A stretch of DNA of 22,851 nucleotides, taken from NCBI GenBank assembly GCA_965224245.1, contig CBDCYW010000022.1, positions 1 to 22,851 of the forward strand. The letters are read 5' to 3'. The notes below the pieces were generated by a model. It was given only the letters and a program-made list of their open reading frames with translations. It did not search any database and was not told the origin of the DNA. The DNA comes from Candidatus Eiseniibacteriota bacterium. Lineage in GTDB: Bacteria; Eisenbacteria; RBG-16-71-46; CAZAMP01. Of the stretch, positions 6,147 to 16,234 are shown piece after piece (position 1 is the first letter of the stretch; the number at the start of each line of letters is the position of its first letter). The position numbers and the translations under genes were made by a program.

Positions 6147-7434
6147 ATGCAGCGCCTTGCTTGCACAGCTTTCATACTTCTGATCGTACCGCACGCGGCG
6201 CAAGCCTCCGACGACGACACCCACTGGTTCGACGGCTTCGCCCCTCCGCCCGCTGGCGAAGGACTCAACGACAAGGTCCTCGCCATGACCGAGTACGACA
6301 GTCAGCTCGTCGTCGGTGGTGACTTCACGATGGCGGGCGATCTCGCGGTGAACTACCTGGCGCAGTGGACGGGTAGTGACTGGCTCGCGCTGGGAACCGG
6401 CCCCGACGGTGTCGTCTCTGCCCTTGGCACATGGAACGGCCAGCTCGTGGTCGGTGGCGCATTCACGTCGGCTGGTGGCGTTCCCGCAAGCAACGTCGCC
6501 GTGTGGGATGGCGCGACATGGTCTGCGCTCGGCCTCGGGGTCGACGCAACAGTGAAGGCGATCGTCGAGTTCCAGGGTGATCTCGTCGTCGGTGGGCACT
6601 TCCTGAACGCGGGCGGAGCTCCAGCAAGCTACATCGCGCGGTGGGACGGCATGGCCTGGAGCGAGATCGGTGGCGGGACGGACTCGCGAGTCGAGGCGCT
6701 CACGGTCTACGACGGTGATCTCATCGCGGGCGGGCTCTTCGACAACGCGGGCGGGACGCTCGTCAATCACGTCGCGCGTTGGGACGGAGCTACGTGGCAG
6801 TCGATGGCGGGAGGGATGTCGGCCCGCGTACGGGCTCTCACGGTCTGGCAAGGACTGCTCGCAGTCGGCGGTGGGTTCGAGATGGCCGGAGGCGCTCCAG
6901 CCTCCCGGGTAGCCCTCTGGGACGGCGCGGCCTGGTCGTCGCTCGGTGGGGGAGCGGACGACGAGGTGTTCGCGTTGGCGAGCTACAACGGGTACCTCTT
7001 GGCAGGCGGGGCTTTTCTGAACGTTGACGGGATCTCGGCGAGCAGAGTGGCTGCATGGAACGGGTCGGACTGGCGCTCGCTGACGACTGGTACCGATGAG
7101 GATGTCCTGTCACTAGCGCGTGCTGGCGACGATCTCTATCTCGGTGGCTGGTTCGGTAGCGTCGGCAGCTCACCATCGGCATTCATCGCTCGATGGGGGG
7201 ATGCGTCCGACAAGAACCACTGGCTCCCTGCGGAGTTCGCTACGCTACAGGCGGCGATAGACAACGCCACTGACTACGACAGCTCGCAGGGCGATACGGT
7301 TCGGGTATGCGAAGGAGATTATGGCCCCGGGGTCATCGCGGACAAGGTGGTACACATCATAGGCAGGTCCAGGGATGTGGCGCAGTTGGGGACACTCCAC
7401 TATGTGGATAGTCGCGGAGTTCCTGCTAGGTCAA
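6147..7434 (+). pseudogene. 5' part of an IS-interrupted secreted protein: signal peptide + beta-propeller (W-x-G-x-x-W / LxVGGxF repeats) + start of beta-helix
   Basis: Repeats such as LVVGGAFTSAGGVPASNVAVWDGATWSALG; removing the IS and one CAA rejoins it in frame to 8687-10236 (…ARSMAGNETE…), 945 aa in total. Confidence 0.88.
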
Positions 7435-7463
7435 TGGAGTTGCCCCGCTTCGGTGGACAGGTT

Positions 7464-8315
7464 TCATGTGAGGATCGGCTCGAGCTGAGCCGCCTCGAAC
7501 GCCATGGGTGAACGATACCCCAAGGCGGAGTGACGACGATGAGGGTTGTACCACCCCTCGATGAACTGGAACAGCTCTCGCCTCGCATCGGTCCGGTTCC
7601 GGAAGGTGCGGCGCTCGATGAGCTCGCACTCCAGTGTGGCGAAGAAGCTCTCGCACATAGCGTTGTCGTAGCAGTCGCCCACCGATCCCATCGAGGGGCG
7701 CACGCCGGCTTGCCGACAACGCTTTCCGAAGGCGTAGGACGTGTACTGACACCCCTGGTCGGAGTGATGGATCACGTTCTCGGGACGGCGGCGATGAAGG
7801 GCCATCTCCAGGGCCTCGAGAACCAGCTCCGATCGCAGGTGCGAGGCCATGGCCCAGCCCACCACGCGCCGACTCCACGCGTCGAGCACCACGGCCAGGA
7901 ACAGAAAGCCCACCCAGGTCGGCACGTAGGTGATGTCCGCCACCCAGAGCTGATCGGGTCCGTCGGCTTCGAAGCGCCGGTTCACCAGATCCTGAGACGG
8001 GGGTTCATCGCCACGGATCGTGGTCCGTCTCCGAGCCCGTCGATGAACGCCCTGGAGCTGCTTGAGGCGCATCAAGCGCCCAACCCGCTTCTTTCCCACG
8101 AAGATGTCCTCATCGATCAGATCCTGGTGGATGCGGGGAACGCCATAGGTCCCATCCGATCGCGTGTGGAACTCCTCGATCATCTCCAGCAAGACCGCAT
8201 CCTCCCGTGCCCGGTTGCTGAGGGGACGATCAAGCCACGCGTAGTACCCGCTGGTGGAGACGCCCAGCACTCGGCACATCGTGCGCACCGCGTGGTCGGC
8301 CCGATTCGCCTTCAC
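7464..8315 (-). CDS. IS3-family transposase OrfB (DDE/rve domain)
   Basis: WVADITY, IHHSDQGCQY, DNAMCESFFATLECE, YNPHRRHSALGY motifs. Confidence 0.96.
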   Translation of the reverse strand: MKANRADHAVRTMCRVLGVSTSGYYAWLDRPLSNRAREDAVLLEMIEEFHTRSDGTYGVPRIHQDLIDEDIFVGKKRVGRLMRLKQLQGVHRRARRRTTIRGDEPPSQDLVNRRFEADGPDQLWVADITYVPTWVGFLFLAVVLDAWSRRVVGWAMASHLRSELVLEALEMALHRRRPENVIHHSDQGCQYTSYAFGKRCRQAGVRPSMGSVGDCYDNAMCESFFATLECELIERRTFRNRTDARRELFQFIEGWYNPHRRHSALGYRSPMAFEAAQLEPILT

Positions 8316-8626
8316 GAACGCGAACGCTTCGGGGGCGTTGACTCGGTCTCCCGAGCGAACCAGGCCGCGGCTTTTTTTAGAATCTCCCGCTCTTCACGAA
8401 GCTGCCGGTTCTCACGGCGCAGGCGGGTGAGTTCCTCTCGCTCCTCGCTGGTCACACCGTCCTCCCGGCGGCCTTCATCGAGATCGGCCTGTCTGACCCA
8501 GTTCCGGATCGCCCCGGCCGACGGTTCGAACTCACGGGCGAGAGACTCGGGGGTTCGTCCGGCACGGACCAGCTCGATCAGCTGGCGGCGGAACTCAGGC
8601 GGGTACGATCGACGGGATCTTGGCAT
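8312..8626 (-). CDS. IS3-family transposase OrfA (HTH)
   Basis: GAGGAGGT RBS before ATG 8626; YPPEFRRQLIEL...LRRENRQLREEREILKKAAAWF. A7G slippery site (8371-8378); its -1 frame runs open into OrfB. Confidence 0.94.
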   Translation of the reverse strand: MPRSRRSYPPEFRRQLIELVRAGRTPESLAREFEPSAGAIRNWVRQADLDEGRREDGVTSEEREELTRLRRENRQLREEREILKKAAAWFARETESTPPKRSRS

Positions 8627-8686
8627 CGGGACCTCCTCGCCCCATTGTAAGGGCTTGGTGTCCACGAAACCGGGTCAACTCCACAA

Positions 8687-10236
8687 TGGCAGGTAACGAA
8701 ACCGAGAACGGTGGTGTGCTGCGTGCCGTGGCGCTAGGTGACGTCCTCGGAGAAGTGTGGAACCTTCGCGTCGACTCGGTTTCCGTCGCGACGATGGACA
8801 TCTCGCTGATCGACAATCAGTTCCACATGCGCGACTCCGACACCGGTACTTGCTTCGTCGACATATGGGATTGCGATGAGTCGGTGCAGATCGAACGCTC
8901 GACCATGACTTCCGTCGACCTCACCAACTGTGGACCCGCCCACTTGACGTCGTGTCAGGCAAACAGCATGTATCTTCTCAGTGATGCCGAAGCTTCTGTC
9001 TCGAACTGCACGGCGGAATACGTCAGTGTCGCGGGATGGGCCGCTACGATCACCGGGTCGTCTGTCGGAACTGCGCACGCGGGAGCCCGCTACGATGGCG
9101 GCGCCATCATCGGTGGTTGCACCATATGGGTGAGCGCAGAAGCGAGCGGATCTGGCGGCACCGTTGGCCAGAGGGGCTGGCTCAGCGTGCGTGACAACCT
9201 GATCCTCGGGACGCTCAGGGTCAGTGAAGCCGATGAAGTCAATGTCATGGGCAACACGGTCGTAGCGGCGCCATCGCAGCCGTATGCTGTCCGTGTCAAT
9301 TCGCCGAACCCTCAGTACAGCCAGTTCACCCAGAACATCATCGTCGGCGGGCGTGTTGGGCTTAGCCTTGTCCCACCCTTCACTACTCCCGCCTGCAATG
9401 ACGTGTTTGGGGCCGTAGATAGTCTCTATGCAGGGATTGCGGATCCAACCGGCCTTGACGGGAACATCTCCGCCAACCCTCAGTTCTGTGACCCCGGGGC
9501 CGACGACTACACCCTCGCTGAGACATCGCCGGCTCTCCCCGGCAACCACCCCGACGGCTACGACTGCGGCCTGATCGGTGCCCTCGGCGAGGGCTGCGGC
9601 CCGGCCCTGGCGAACCTCGCCCCGGCGGGCTTCGTCTGCCTCCCCGACTCGGCCGCAGCGTGGGCGGATGACCCCGACAGCCTCCGCATCGGCGCCATCG
9701 TCATCAATGACGGCAACCTCACCTCGGGTATCTTCGACGTGCGCATCGAGATCGAGGGCTGCGTCGGCTTCTGGGGCGATACGCAGACGATCGGGCCGTT
9801 GAGCCCCGGAGAAGTCGATACGGTGTTCGCGGGGCCGTTTGCTGTTGAGCCTGAGCAGTGCAGCGCGTCGGTCTTCGTCGACTACAACGATGATGAGGCG
9901 GAGTCGTCTGAGGTGGACAACGATGTCGTGGATGCGTCGGTGTGCACGGTGGTCGGCGTGCCGCATGGAGGAGAGCAGAATGCACCCACGGCTTGGACCG
10001 CGTGGCCCAATCCGGCCTTCTCCAGCGTCCGGTTCAACGGTCCCGTGCCGATAGTCGACATCTCGATCTTCGACGTACACGGCCGGCTCGTGCGCCACCT
10101 CACGCCCTCGGGGGCGGATCATGCAGTCTGGGACCGCACCACTGAGAGTGGGGATACCACCGCCCCCGGTGTCTACTTTGCACGCATGAGACATGAGAGC
10201 GGGGAGACAACCCTCCGTGTCTTGATCGGCAGGTAG
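8687..10236 (+). pseudogene. 3' part of the IS-interrupted secreted protein: beta-helix-like region, CARDB-like domain, FlgD-Ig/T9SS-like CTD
   Basis: GNISANPQFCD...YTLAETSP; VDYNDDEAESSEVDN; WPNP...IFDVHGRLVR...WD...PGVYFAR. Confidence 0.85.
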
Positions 10237-10344
10237 CCGTGCATCATCGACGGCAAGACGGGCATGCGCCATCGCTCTTCGCGGGCAAGGGCATGCCCGG
10301 TGCGTGGTCAGCTCCACTCAGTCGCAACGGAACGGAGGTTCCCG

Positions 10345-12657
10345 ATGAAACGCCTGCGCGTAGCTCTCATACTCTGTTGCCTCGGAACCTCCTCATCCGC
10401 CGCCGTGCTCGTCGATGGCGATGAGGACTGGCGAGGCCACTTTGCGCTGTCCCAGCCAATCAATGGCAACGTCTATACCATCATCCAGTTCAATTCCGAC
10501 CTCATCATCGGCGGCAGCTTCCGAATCGGAGGTGCGCCGATCGTGCGCTGGAACGGGACCGAGTGGGAGCCGATGGGGACAGGCTTCGGGTCCAGCTCCT
10601 CTGTCGTTCACGACGCGATAGTCTACGACGGTGACTTGGTCGTGACCGGCAATGTGGGGATTCTCCATCGGTGGGTTGACGACCACTGGGAGGTCTTCAA
10701 CGGCGGCTTCGCCGGTGGCAGTGTGGGCCACGTCCTCCTTGAGCAGGACGGCAATCTGTTCATCGGAGGTGAGTTTAGTGGGGTCAATGGAGTCAGTGCC
10801 AGCAGGGTCGCGTTCTGGGATGGAGCCGAATGGCACCCCATGGGCGCGGGTTTCGACAACGAAGTGTCCGCGATGGCCGTGCATGATGGGGTTCTCTACG
10901 CGGGTGGGAGTTTCAGAAAGAGCGGTACGACGCCGAGGGAGTACGTCGCTCGATGGAATGGCAGCAGCTGGGAGGATGTGGCCGGCGGGATGAACAACTG
11001 GGTTGGTGCGTTGATCACCTATGATTCGCTTCTGTTGGCTGGCGGGCGCTTCTCGACCGCTGGCAGCGTTGCTGCGTCCGGGCTCGCCGTCTTGGACGGT
11101 GCCGACTGGTCGGAATTCAACGGTGGCGTCAACGGCGGGCAAGTCAACGTGCTGACGCTGGTCGGCTCGGATCTGATCGTCGGCGGCAACTTCGAAGGAG
11201 TAGGAGGCATCGATGCCAGGATGATCGCCCGATGGGATGGTGCGGTATGGTCTGGCTTCTCCTCGAACTGGTTCGGCGAGGCTGGCGTAACCACGGTCGG
11301 TGGTCACGACGGTGATCTGCTTGTGGGTGGCGGGTTCACTTCGCGGGAAACGTCATCGGCCAACTTGGCGCGTTGGAACGGTGCCTGGGGAAGCTTCCAG
11401 AACGGGGTCACAGGCGACATCAAGGCATTCGGAGAGTTCGCTGGCGGCATTGTTGCGGGCGGCGAGTTCAGTCAAGCTGGCGAAGCACTGGCAACGAACG
11501 TCGCGCTCTGGAATGGCGCAGGTTGGTCCTCGCTTGACACCGGCATGAATGGCGACGTCCTCGCAGTGGGGCAATTCGGCTCAAACATCTACGCTGGGGG
11601 GAGCTTCACGCAAGCTGGCGGCTACGGGTTTGCGTACTTCGCCTTCTGGAATGGATCATCCTGGTACGGTGGTGTCGTTAATGGCATCGTTCGGTGCGGT
11701 ATCGAGTACAACGGCGAACTCATCGTCGGCGGCGACTTCACAGAGGCCGCCGGATCGAGTGCGTTGAGGATCACGAGGACGGACGGTGAGGATTGGGACG
11801 CCCTGGGCGCGGGCGTGACCGGCTATGCCTCAGCGTCAGTTGAAGCCTTGGTCGTGCACGGAGCCGATCTAATCGTCGGCGGTTTGTTCACGGAAGCTGG
11901 CGGGCTGGCAGCGTCAAACGTAGCGCGATGGAACGGCGACGTGTGGGCGGCGATGCAGTCCGGGGTCGATGGTCGTGTCTTCGCACTTGCTTCGTTCGAT
12001 GATCTCGTGGTGGCTGGTGGGGACTTCCATTGGGCTGGAAACACACAGGCCCACTACGTCGCCGCATGGAACGGGAACACCTGGCAGCCCATGGGAGACT
12101 GGTTGAACGGTCCGGTGCGAGCGCTCGAGGTGCACGATGGAACGCTGTTTGCCGGCGGCGAATTCACCTGGGCAGACCGAGCAGCCAGCCGCATCGCCTA
12201 CTGGGACGGGAGCCGGTGGCGCGCCATGGGAGCCGGGACGGATGGCCCCGTACTGGCCCTCAAGAGCACCCCCGACGGCCTTTTTGTTGGAGGCGACTTT
12301 GCGTACACCGGCAACCGATCGGCGAGCGCCGTATCCGAGTGGGGCGGATCTGTGGTGTCGGTGCCCCCGGTCCTGACGCTGCCGGGGCGCGCGCGTCTCG
12401 CTGTCTCGCCGTCGCCGTTCAATCCGAACACGAGGGTTCGACTCACGCTCGACGAGCCCGCGTACGTCGAGATTGACGTTCACGATACAGGGGGCCGGCT
12501 GGTAGACGTGCTGTGGAACGGACGCCTTGGGCGTGGCGAGAACGTCATCCCGTGGCATGCTGCGGATGACGGCGGGGGCTTCCCGGCCGGTGTCTACTTC
12601 GTGAAGGCGTCGGTAGCTGGCCGAGGGCTGAGCGAGAAGGTGGTCCTCGTCCGATAA
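10345..12657 (+). CDS. Secreted multi-blade beta-propeller protein with FlgD-Ig/T9SS-like CTD (770 aa)
   Basis: GGAGGT RBS, ATG 10345, signal peptide; many LxxGGxF...A-x-W-x-G-x-x-W repeats; PSPFNP...DTGGRLV...AGVYFVK tail. Confidence 0.92.
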   Translation: MKRLRVALILCCLGTSSSAAVLVDGDEDWRGHFALSQPINGNVYTIIQFNSDLIIGGSFRIGGAPIVRWNGTEWEPMGTGFGSSSSVVHDAIVYDGDLVVTGNVGILHRWVDDHWEVFNGGFAGGSVGHVLLEQDGNLFIGGEFSGVNGVSASRVAFWDGAEWHPMGAGFDNEVSAMAVHDGVLYAGGSFRKSGTTPREYVARWNGSSWEDVAGGMNNWVGALITYDSLLLAGGRFSTAGSVAASGLAVLDGADWSEFNGGVNGGQVNVLTLVGSDLIVGGNFEGVGGIDARMIARWDGAVWSGFSSNWFGEAGVTTVGGHDGDLLVGGGFTSRETSSANLARWNGAWGSFQNGVTGDIKAFGEFAGGIVAGGEFSQAGEALATNVALWNGAGWSSLDTGMNGDVLAVGQFGSNIYAGGSFTQAGGYGFAYFAFWNGSSWYGGVVNGIVRCGIEYNGELIVGGDFTEAAGSSALRITRTDGEDWDALGAGVTGYASASVEALVVHGADLIVGGLFTEAGGLAASNVARWNGDVWAAMQSGVDGRVFALASFDDLVVAGGDFHWAGNTQAHYVAAWNGNTWQPMGDWLNGPVRALEVHDGTLFAGGEFTWADRAASRIAYWDGSRWRAMGAGTDGPVLALKSTPDGLFVGGDFAYTGNRSASAVSEWGGSVVSVPPVLTLPGRARLAVSPSPFNPNTRVRLTLDEPAYVEIDVHDTGGRLVDVLWNGRLGRGENVIPWHAADDGGGFPAGVYFVKASVAGRGLSEKVVLVR

Positions 12658-12736
12658 GGGCCGTTCATCATGTTCAGTGTCGCGTGCCCGGCGCCCGCCG
12701 ACCACGAAACGCACGTCGTCTCCCGTGCCCTTCCCG

Positions 12737-13747
12737 TTACTGGATCAACTTCTCCACGTACTTCGAGAATGTGAACGGCTCGACACCGACGCCGGCAAGC
12801 ACCCGCCTGAAACTCTCTGCCGCCACCGAGTCCGGCGTCACAATGGTGACGTTTGGGCGCGGTGTTCTGGAGTAAGCTTCGACAAGCAAGTCCCTGGCTT
12901 CTCGATCGGTGTCGGGGAGACGGTAGCCAATAACGATCCATCGCTCGGCGCTCGCGAGAGCCACGCGAGCCATCTTCCAAAGCGGTTCAAGTCCGAGGAT
13001 CTGAGGGGCTTTGCCCGGTTGCGGTGGAACAAACACGGATCGATACGTTCCCCCGTGGCGGTCCCGAACAAGCGAGAACCCGGGGCCGCTATTGTCGTCG
13101 ACATCGAGGCGAAGGAGAGATGGCGTGTGAGGCGACCGTCTGTCAGCGGGTACAACCCAGTTCAGCGAACCGTGTAGTTTCAGAAGCGTGACGTTTGTCG
13201 GTTCTTCGGGCAGCGGTTCAATGCCACGTCCTTGGATCATCCTCCCATTAAACCTCAGACCCATTCCACCTGACCGACTCCACAAGATGTTAGACGTCTT
13301 TGCTACTACGTCCAACGATGCCTCGATCAACGGATCGTAGTTGAAGGTGAGGATGGTGTCTCCGGGCTGGCAGCGAGTCCGAAGAAGGCGGACGTGGTGG
13401 CTGAGCTCGCTCGAGCCCAATCGACGGAGTCGCCAGAAGAGTACGAGTTCGATGCAACGCGTGAACCGATCTCGCCAGTAGCTGTCGTTGGCGAGTGCAG
13501 AGAAGGCCCTTTCAAGCCCGACTTCGTTGATCCTTCTGGCGCCAAGCCGGCGGAGGATTTCGGATCTCAGCTTCGGCCACTGCCATCGAGTTCCGTCATA
13601 GTCCTGAGGTGGGGACGTCGAAATCTCGGGCCACGTGTTCCACATCTCATCGGCGACGGCAAGGAAGTCGCTGTCAATTGGCAGAGACCCCACAATCCCG
13701 CCGTAGTCCGCGGAAGCGCCGGCGCCGAAAACAAACGCTGTCGGCAT
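12737..13747 (-). CDS. SIR2-like domain protein, candidate anti-phage NADase
   Basis: FVFGAGAS, ILTFNYDPLIE, LLKLHGSLNW and IVIGYRLPDTD motifs of the SIR2_2 type. Confidence 0.9.
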   Translation of the reverse strand: MPTAFVFGAGASADYGGIVGSLPIDSDFLAVADEMWNTWPEISTSPPQDYDGTRWQWPKLRSEILRRLGARRINEVGLERAFSALANDSYWRDRFTRCIELVLFWRLRRLGSSELSHHVRLLRTRCQPGDTILTFNYDPLIEASLDVVAKTSNILWSRSGGMGLRFNGRMIQGRGIEPLPEEPTNVTLLKLHGSLNWVVPADRRSPHTPSLLRLDVDDNSGPGFSLVRDRHGGTYRSVFVPPQPGKAPQILGLEPLWKMARVALASAERWIVIGYRLPDTDREARDLLVEAYSRTPRPNVTIVTPDSVAAESFRRVLAGVGVEPFTFSKYVEKLIQ

Positions 13748-13847
13748 ACTCCGATCCTTCCTATTGCGGTTCGATGGCAGGAAAGGTCCGCGTCAACCAC
13801 CCAGTTCAGAGGAGCAAAGACGAGCCGGCATTGTGCATCAACCTGGG

Positions 13848-13898
13848 ACAACGAGAAACCCGGCGCAACCGCACCGGGCAAGTAGAACCATCTGGGGC
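13848..13898 (-). repeat. Conserved hairpin site, copy 4 of 4
   Basis: ACAACGAGAAACCCGGCGCAACCGCACCGGGCAAGTAGAACCATCTGGGGC. Confidence 0.9.
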
Positions 13899-13905
13899 TT
13901 GACGG

Positions 13906-14487
13906 CTAGCCTCTGAGCACCGCCCTCAACCGGTTCTGCAAGCTCCCGCCCTTGTTCCCGATCTCCTCCCGCGGCCCCAGGTGCTTGTCCGTGTAGTCGT
14001 ACGCCGACTTCCCGATCGACACCTTGAGCTTCTCCATCGGGATCACCTCCTCGGTCTCCGGCCGGCCCTTGACGGTGACCTTGAGCCCCTTGGCGACCTT
14101 GACGATGTCGAAGCTGACGCGTTCGGAGACGTTGGTGGCGCGGCCGCCGGTGAACTCGCAGGGGACGCCGGCCTTCTTGCACGCGTCGCGGTAGGGGGCG
14201 AGGACGTCGCGGAAGCGGGCCTTCGCGTCGGCGACGATGCCGTTGGCCTCCGTGTGGAGCTTGGCCGCCTCGGCCTCCATGTCGCGAACGGTGCGTTCGG
14301 CCTCGACGACGGTGGCGCGGAGCGCGTCGAGGTCGGGGGTGTCGGCGCCGGACGCGGCCCGTGTGCGCGTCTTCTTGGCTGGCGCGGCCTTGGTCGCCTT
14401 CTTCGCCCCAGTCTTCGCCGTACGGCCCCGTTTCGCCCCGGTGCCGCCGTTGGTCGCCGTCGTCGTCGTCTTCGTGGTCTTCGCCAT
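13906..14487 (-). CDS. Hypothetical basic-tail coiled-coil protein (193 aa), paralog of 2013-2636
   Basis: GGAGG RBS; histone-H1-like KTGAKKATKAAPAKK tail; shared C-terminus ...GNKGGSLQNRLRAVLRG. Confidence 0.88.
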   Translation of the reverse strand: MAKTTKTTTTATNGGTGAKRGRTAKTGAKKATKAAPAKKTRTRAASGADTPDLDALRATVVEAERTVRDMEAEAAKLHTEANGIVADAKARFRDVLAPYRDACKKAGVPCEFTGGRATNVSERVSFDIVKVAKGLKVTVKGRPETEEVIPMEKLKVSIGKSAYDYTDKHLGPREEIGNKGGSLQNRLRAVLRG

Positions 14488-14532
14488 CGTGTCCTCCCTG
14501 TTCCGCGAGCCGCCCTGCGCGGTCCGCTGGAC

Positions 14533-14618
14533 ACATGGACGCTCGACCCCGGCGAGGTCATCAAGTCATTTAACGGCAATAAGTTGGCTTGATGTGTGGG
14601 CCAAGGGAGGGAACATGT
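14533..14618. promoter_or_regulatory. Back-to-back CTTGATG..GAG(C/G)G..CATGT motifs flanking an AT-rich dyad (copy B)
   Basis: ATCAAG 14560-14565 / CTTGAT 14588-14593; AAGTCATT-TAACGGC-AATAAGTT (14563-14585). Confidence 0.6.
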
Positions 14619-14619
14619 G

Positions 14620-14935
14620 GGAGCGAGGAGGGCATGAAGAAGCCCCCAGCACCTCGGGATGAGACCGGGCGCTGGGGGCCGAGTGAGCTCCCCGCTGCGA
14701 AGGAGAGAGAGTCGTCAGCGCAGCTTGGGCACTGGGGAGCTTGGTCATTGTATCGGGCCAGGCGGCGGGTTGCCTGAGAAACCCGGCACATACAGAACGC
14801 CCCCGGCGCGGCTCTGGGCTGCACCGGGGGAAGGCTCCCCGAAAGGCAGTTGACGGCGGTAACAAGGATGAGACGCCGGCTCCTCGGGGAAGGAACCGAT
14901 TATCCGCGCCAGCCCAGGCTCTGCGCAAGAGGGAG
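14620..14935 (+). ncRNA. Putative structured leader/ncRNA upstream of the tyrosine recombinase (copy B)
   Basis: Stems 14669-14679/14799-14809 and 14814-14821/14910-14917, plus AGCTCCCC/GGGGAGCT and CGGGTT/AACCCG. Confidence 0.3.
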
Positions 14936-14941
14936 GTGAGC

Positions 14942-15532
14942 TTGCCGTACCGCGCCCCCGAGACCATGACCACCGCCGAGCAGCGTCGCCTCCTCGACGT
15001 CAGCGGCGAGAGCCCCCGACCGCGCGACCACGTGATGATCTCGCTCGCGCTCGGCACCGGGCTTCGGCTCGGTGAACTGCTGGCCCTCGACGTCGGCGAT
15101 GTCAGCCCCGATGGAGTCCACGTTCGCACGCGCATCAAGCTGCGCGTCGAGACGACCAAGGGCTCGCGCAAGGGCGAGGTGTTTCTGCCGGACCGGGTCG
15201 TCGAGAAGATGACGCGGTTCCTGGCGTGGAAGGCGATGATGGGGGAGTCGCTCGATGCCGACGCGCCGCTCTTCATCTCGTCGTGGGGGAGGCGGCTGTC
15301 GGCGAGGCGGACGCAGATGATGTTTCACGAGTGGCAGCGACGGGCTGGGTTCGATCGGCTGTACAACTGGCATGTGCTCCGCCACACGAGTGTGACGTCG
15401 GTCTACCGGGCGAGCCGGGATCTCTTCCTCGCCCAGCGGTTCGCACGACACGCGTCGCCGCTCACCACGATGGTCTATCTGCATCCGAGTGACGAGGAGA
15501 TGGCAGAGCAGATCCGCAGCCTGCCGTGCTGA
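14942..15532 (+). CDS. Tyrosine recombinase, catalytic domain only (196 aa), paralog of 3064-3657
   Basis: GGAGGTG RBS then TTG 14942; homology to copy A begins here (LPYRAPET). R, K, HVLRH, H and Y all present. Confidence 0.92.
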   Translation: MPYRAPETMTTAEQRRLLDVSGESPRPRDHVMISLALGTGLRLGELLALDVGDVSPDGVHVRTRIKLRVETTKGSRKGEVFLPDRVVEKMTRFLAWKAMMGESLDADAPLFISSWGRRLSARRTQMMFHEWQRRAGFDRLYNWHVLRHTSVTSVYRASRDLFLAQRFARHASPLTTMVYLHPSDEEMAEQIRSLPC

Positions 15533-15538
15533 GCCCGA

Positions 15539-16234
15539 TCAGTTCAGGCAGCACTTCTTGAACTTCCGGCCGCTGCCGCACGGACACGGGTCGTTGCGCC
15601 CGACGTGAGGGGCCTTTCGGATCGGCGTCCGTCGTCGCTCCAGTGCCTCCAGGTGAAGGCCATGGCCGAGCGTCGCGTAGTGGATCAGCGCATGTGGGAT
15701 CGCGCGCCGGCACTCGTCGAGAACGACCTCGGGATCGTCGTCGGGCTCGGCCTCTTTCCGATAGGCGTCCGGGTCACCCCAGATCATCAGCGTGAACACG
15801 ACCGCGTCAAACTCGTCCTCCACGTCTTCGTCGTCGAGGGCGACCAGCGCGCGCTCCCAGTCATCTTCAACGAAGGCGAAGCCGACCGCGAAACCCCGGG
15901 CCCATGTCTTGCGCGCCGGCTCGGAGTCTGGATCCAGTCCCGCGGCCCGGGGCGTGATGGCGACGTCGCCGGACGCCATCGCGATGCCGTGGTTGTACGC
16001 ACTCATGATGCTGCCGATCACGGCCTCGGCCTCCTGGAGATCGGCGTAGCCGGCGTCGCCACCGAAGATGGGCGGCATCCACTCCGATGGTTTCAGCATG
16101 GCGGGGCTCCCGCAGATCGCGAACAGGAAGCCACGGAACTCCGGGTAGGACATCACCTGTTCACCGCGGTCGGGCGATGACAGGAACGCTTCGATGCGTT
16201 GCTCGTCGGCCTTGCGGAAGGGGTTCACGAACAT
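15539..16234 (-). CDS. UPF0149/YecA-family protein with C-terminal SEC-C motif (231 aa)
   Basis: GGAG before ATG 16234; [54 protein letters not shown]. Confidence 0.9.
   Translation of the reverse strand: MFVNPFRKADEQRIEAFLSSPDRGEQVMSYPEFRGFLFAICGSPAMLKPSEWMPPIFGGDAGYADLQEAEAVIGSIMSAYNHGIAMASGDVAITPRAAGLDPDSEPARKTWARGFAVGFAFVEDDWERALVALDDEDVEDEFDAVVFTLMIWGDPDAYRKEAEPDDDPEVVLDECRRAIPHALIHYATLGHGLHLEALERRRTPIRKAPHVGRNDPCPCGSGRKFKKCCLN

Larger units (their letters stand above)
7435..8683 (-). mobile_element. IS3-family insertion sequence, 1249 bp, apparently intact
   Basis: 25-bp IRs TGGAGTTGCCCCGCTTCGGTGGACA vs TGGAGTTGACCCGGTTTCGTGGACA (21/25), TG..CA ends, 3-bp target duplication CAA (7432-7434, 8684-8686). 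Confidence 0.96.
13848..16043. repeat. Module copy B; direct repeat of 1958-4168, here with a complete UPF0149/SEC-C gene
   Basis: Same gene order and homology as copy A. Confidence 0.9.

Noticed and set aside
7530-8696. Long antisense ORFs (also 8734-10317, 17552-18373, 20769-22322 and others)
   Set aside because: Shadow frames of well-supported genes, expected in high-GC DNA.
14634-14777. Small ORF MKKPPAPR with good RBS
   Set aside because: Not conserved in copy A and coincides with a GC hairpin.
14741-14941. N-terminal extension of recombinase copy B
   Set aside because: Absent from copy A; a strong RBS precedes TTG 14942.
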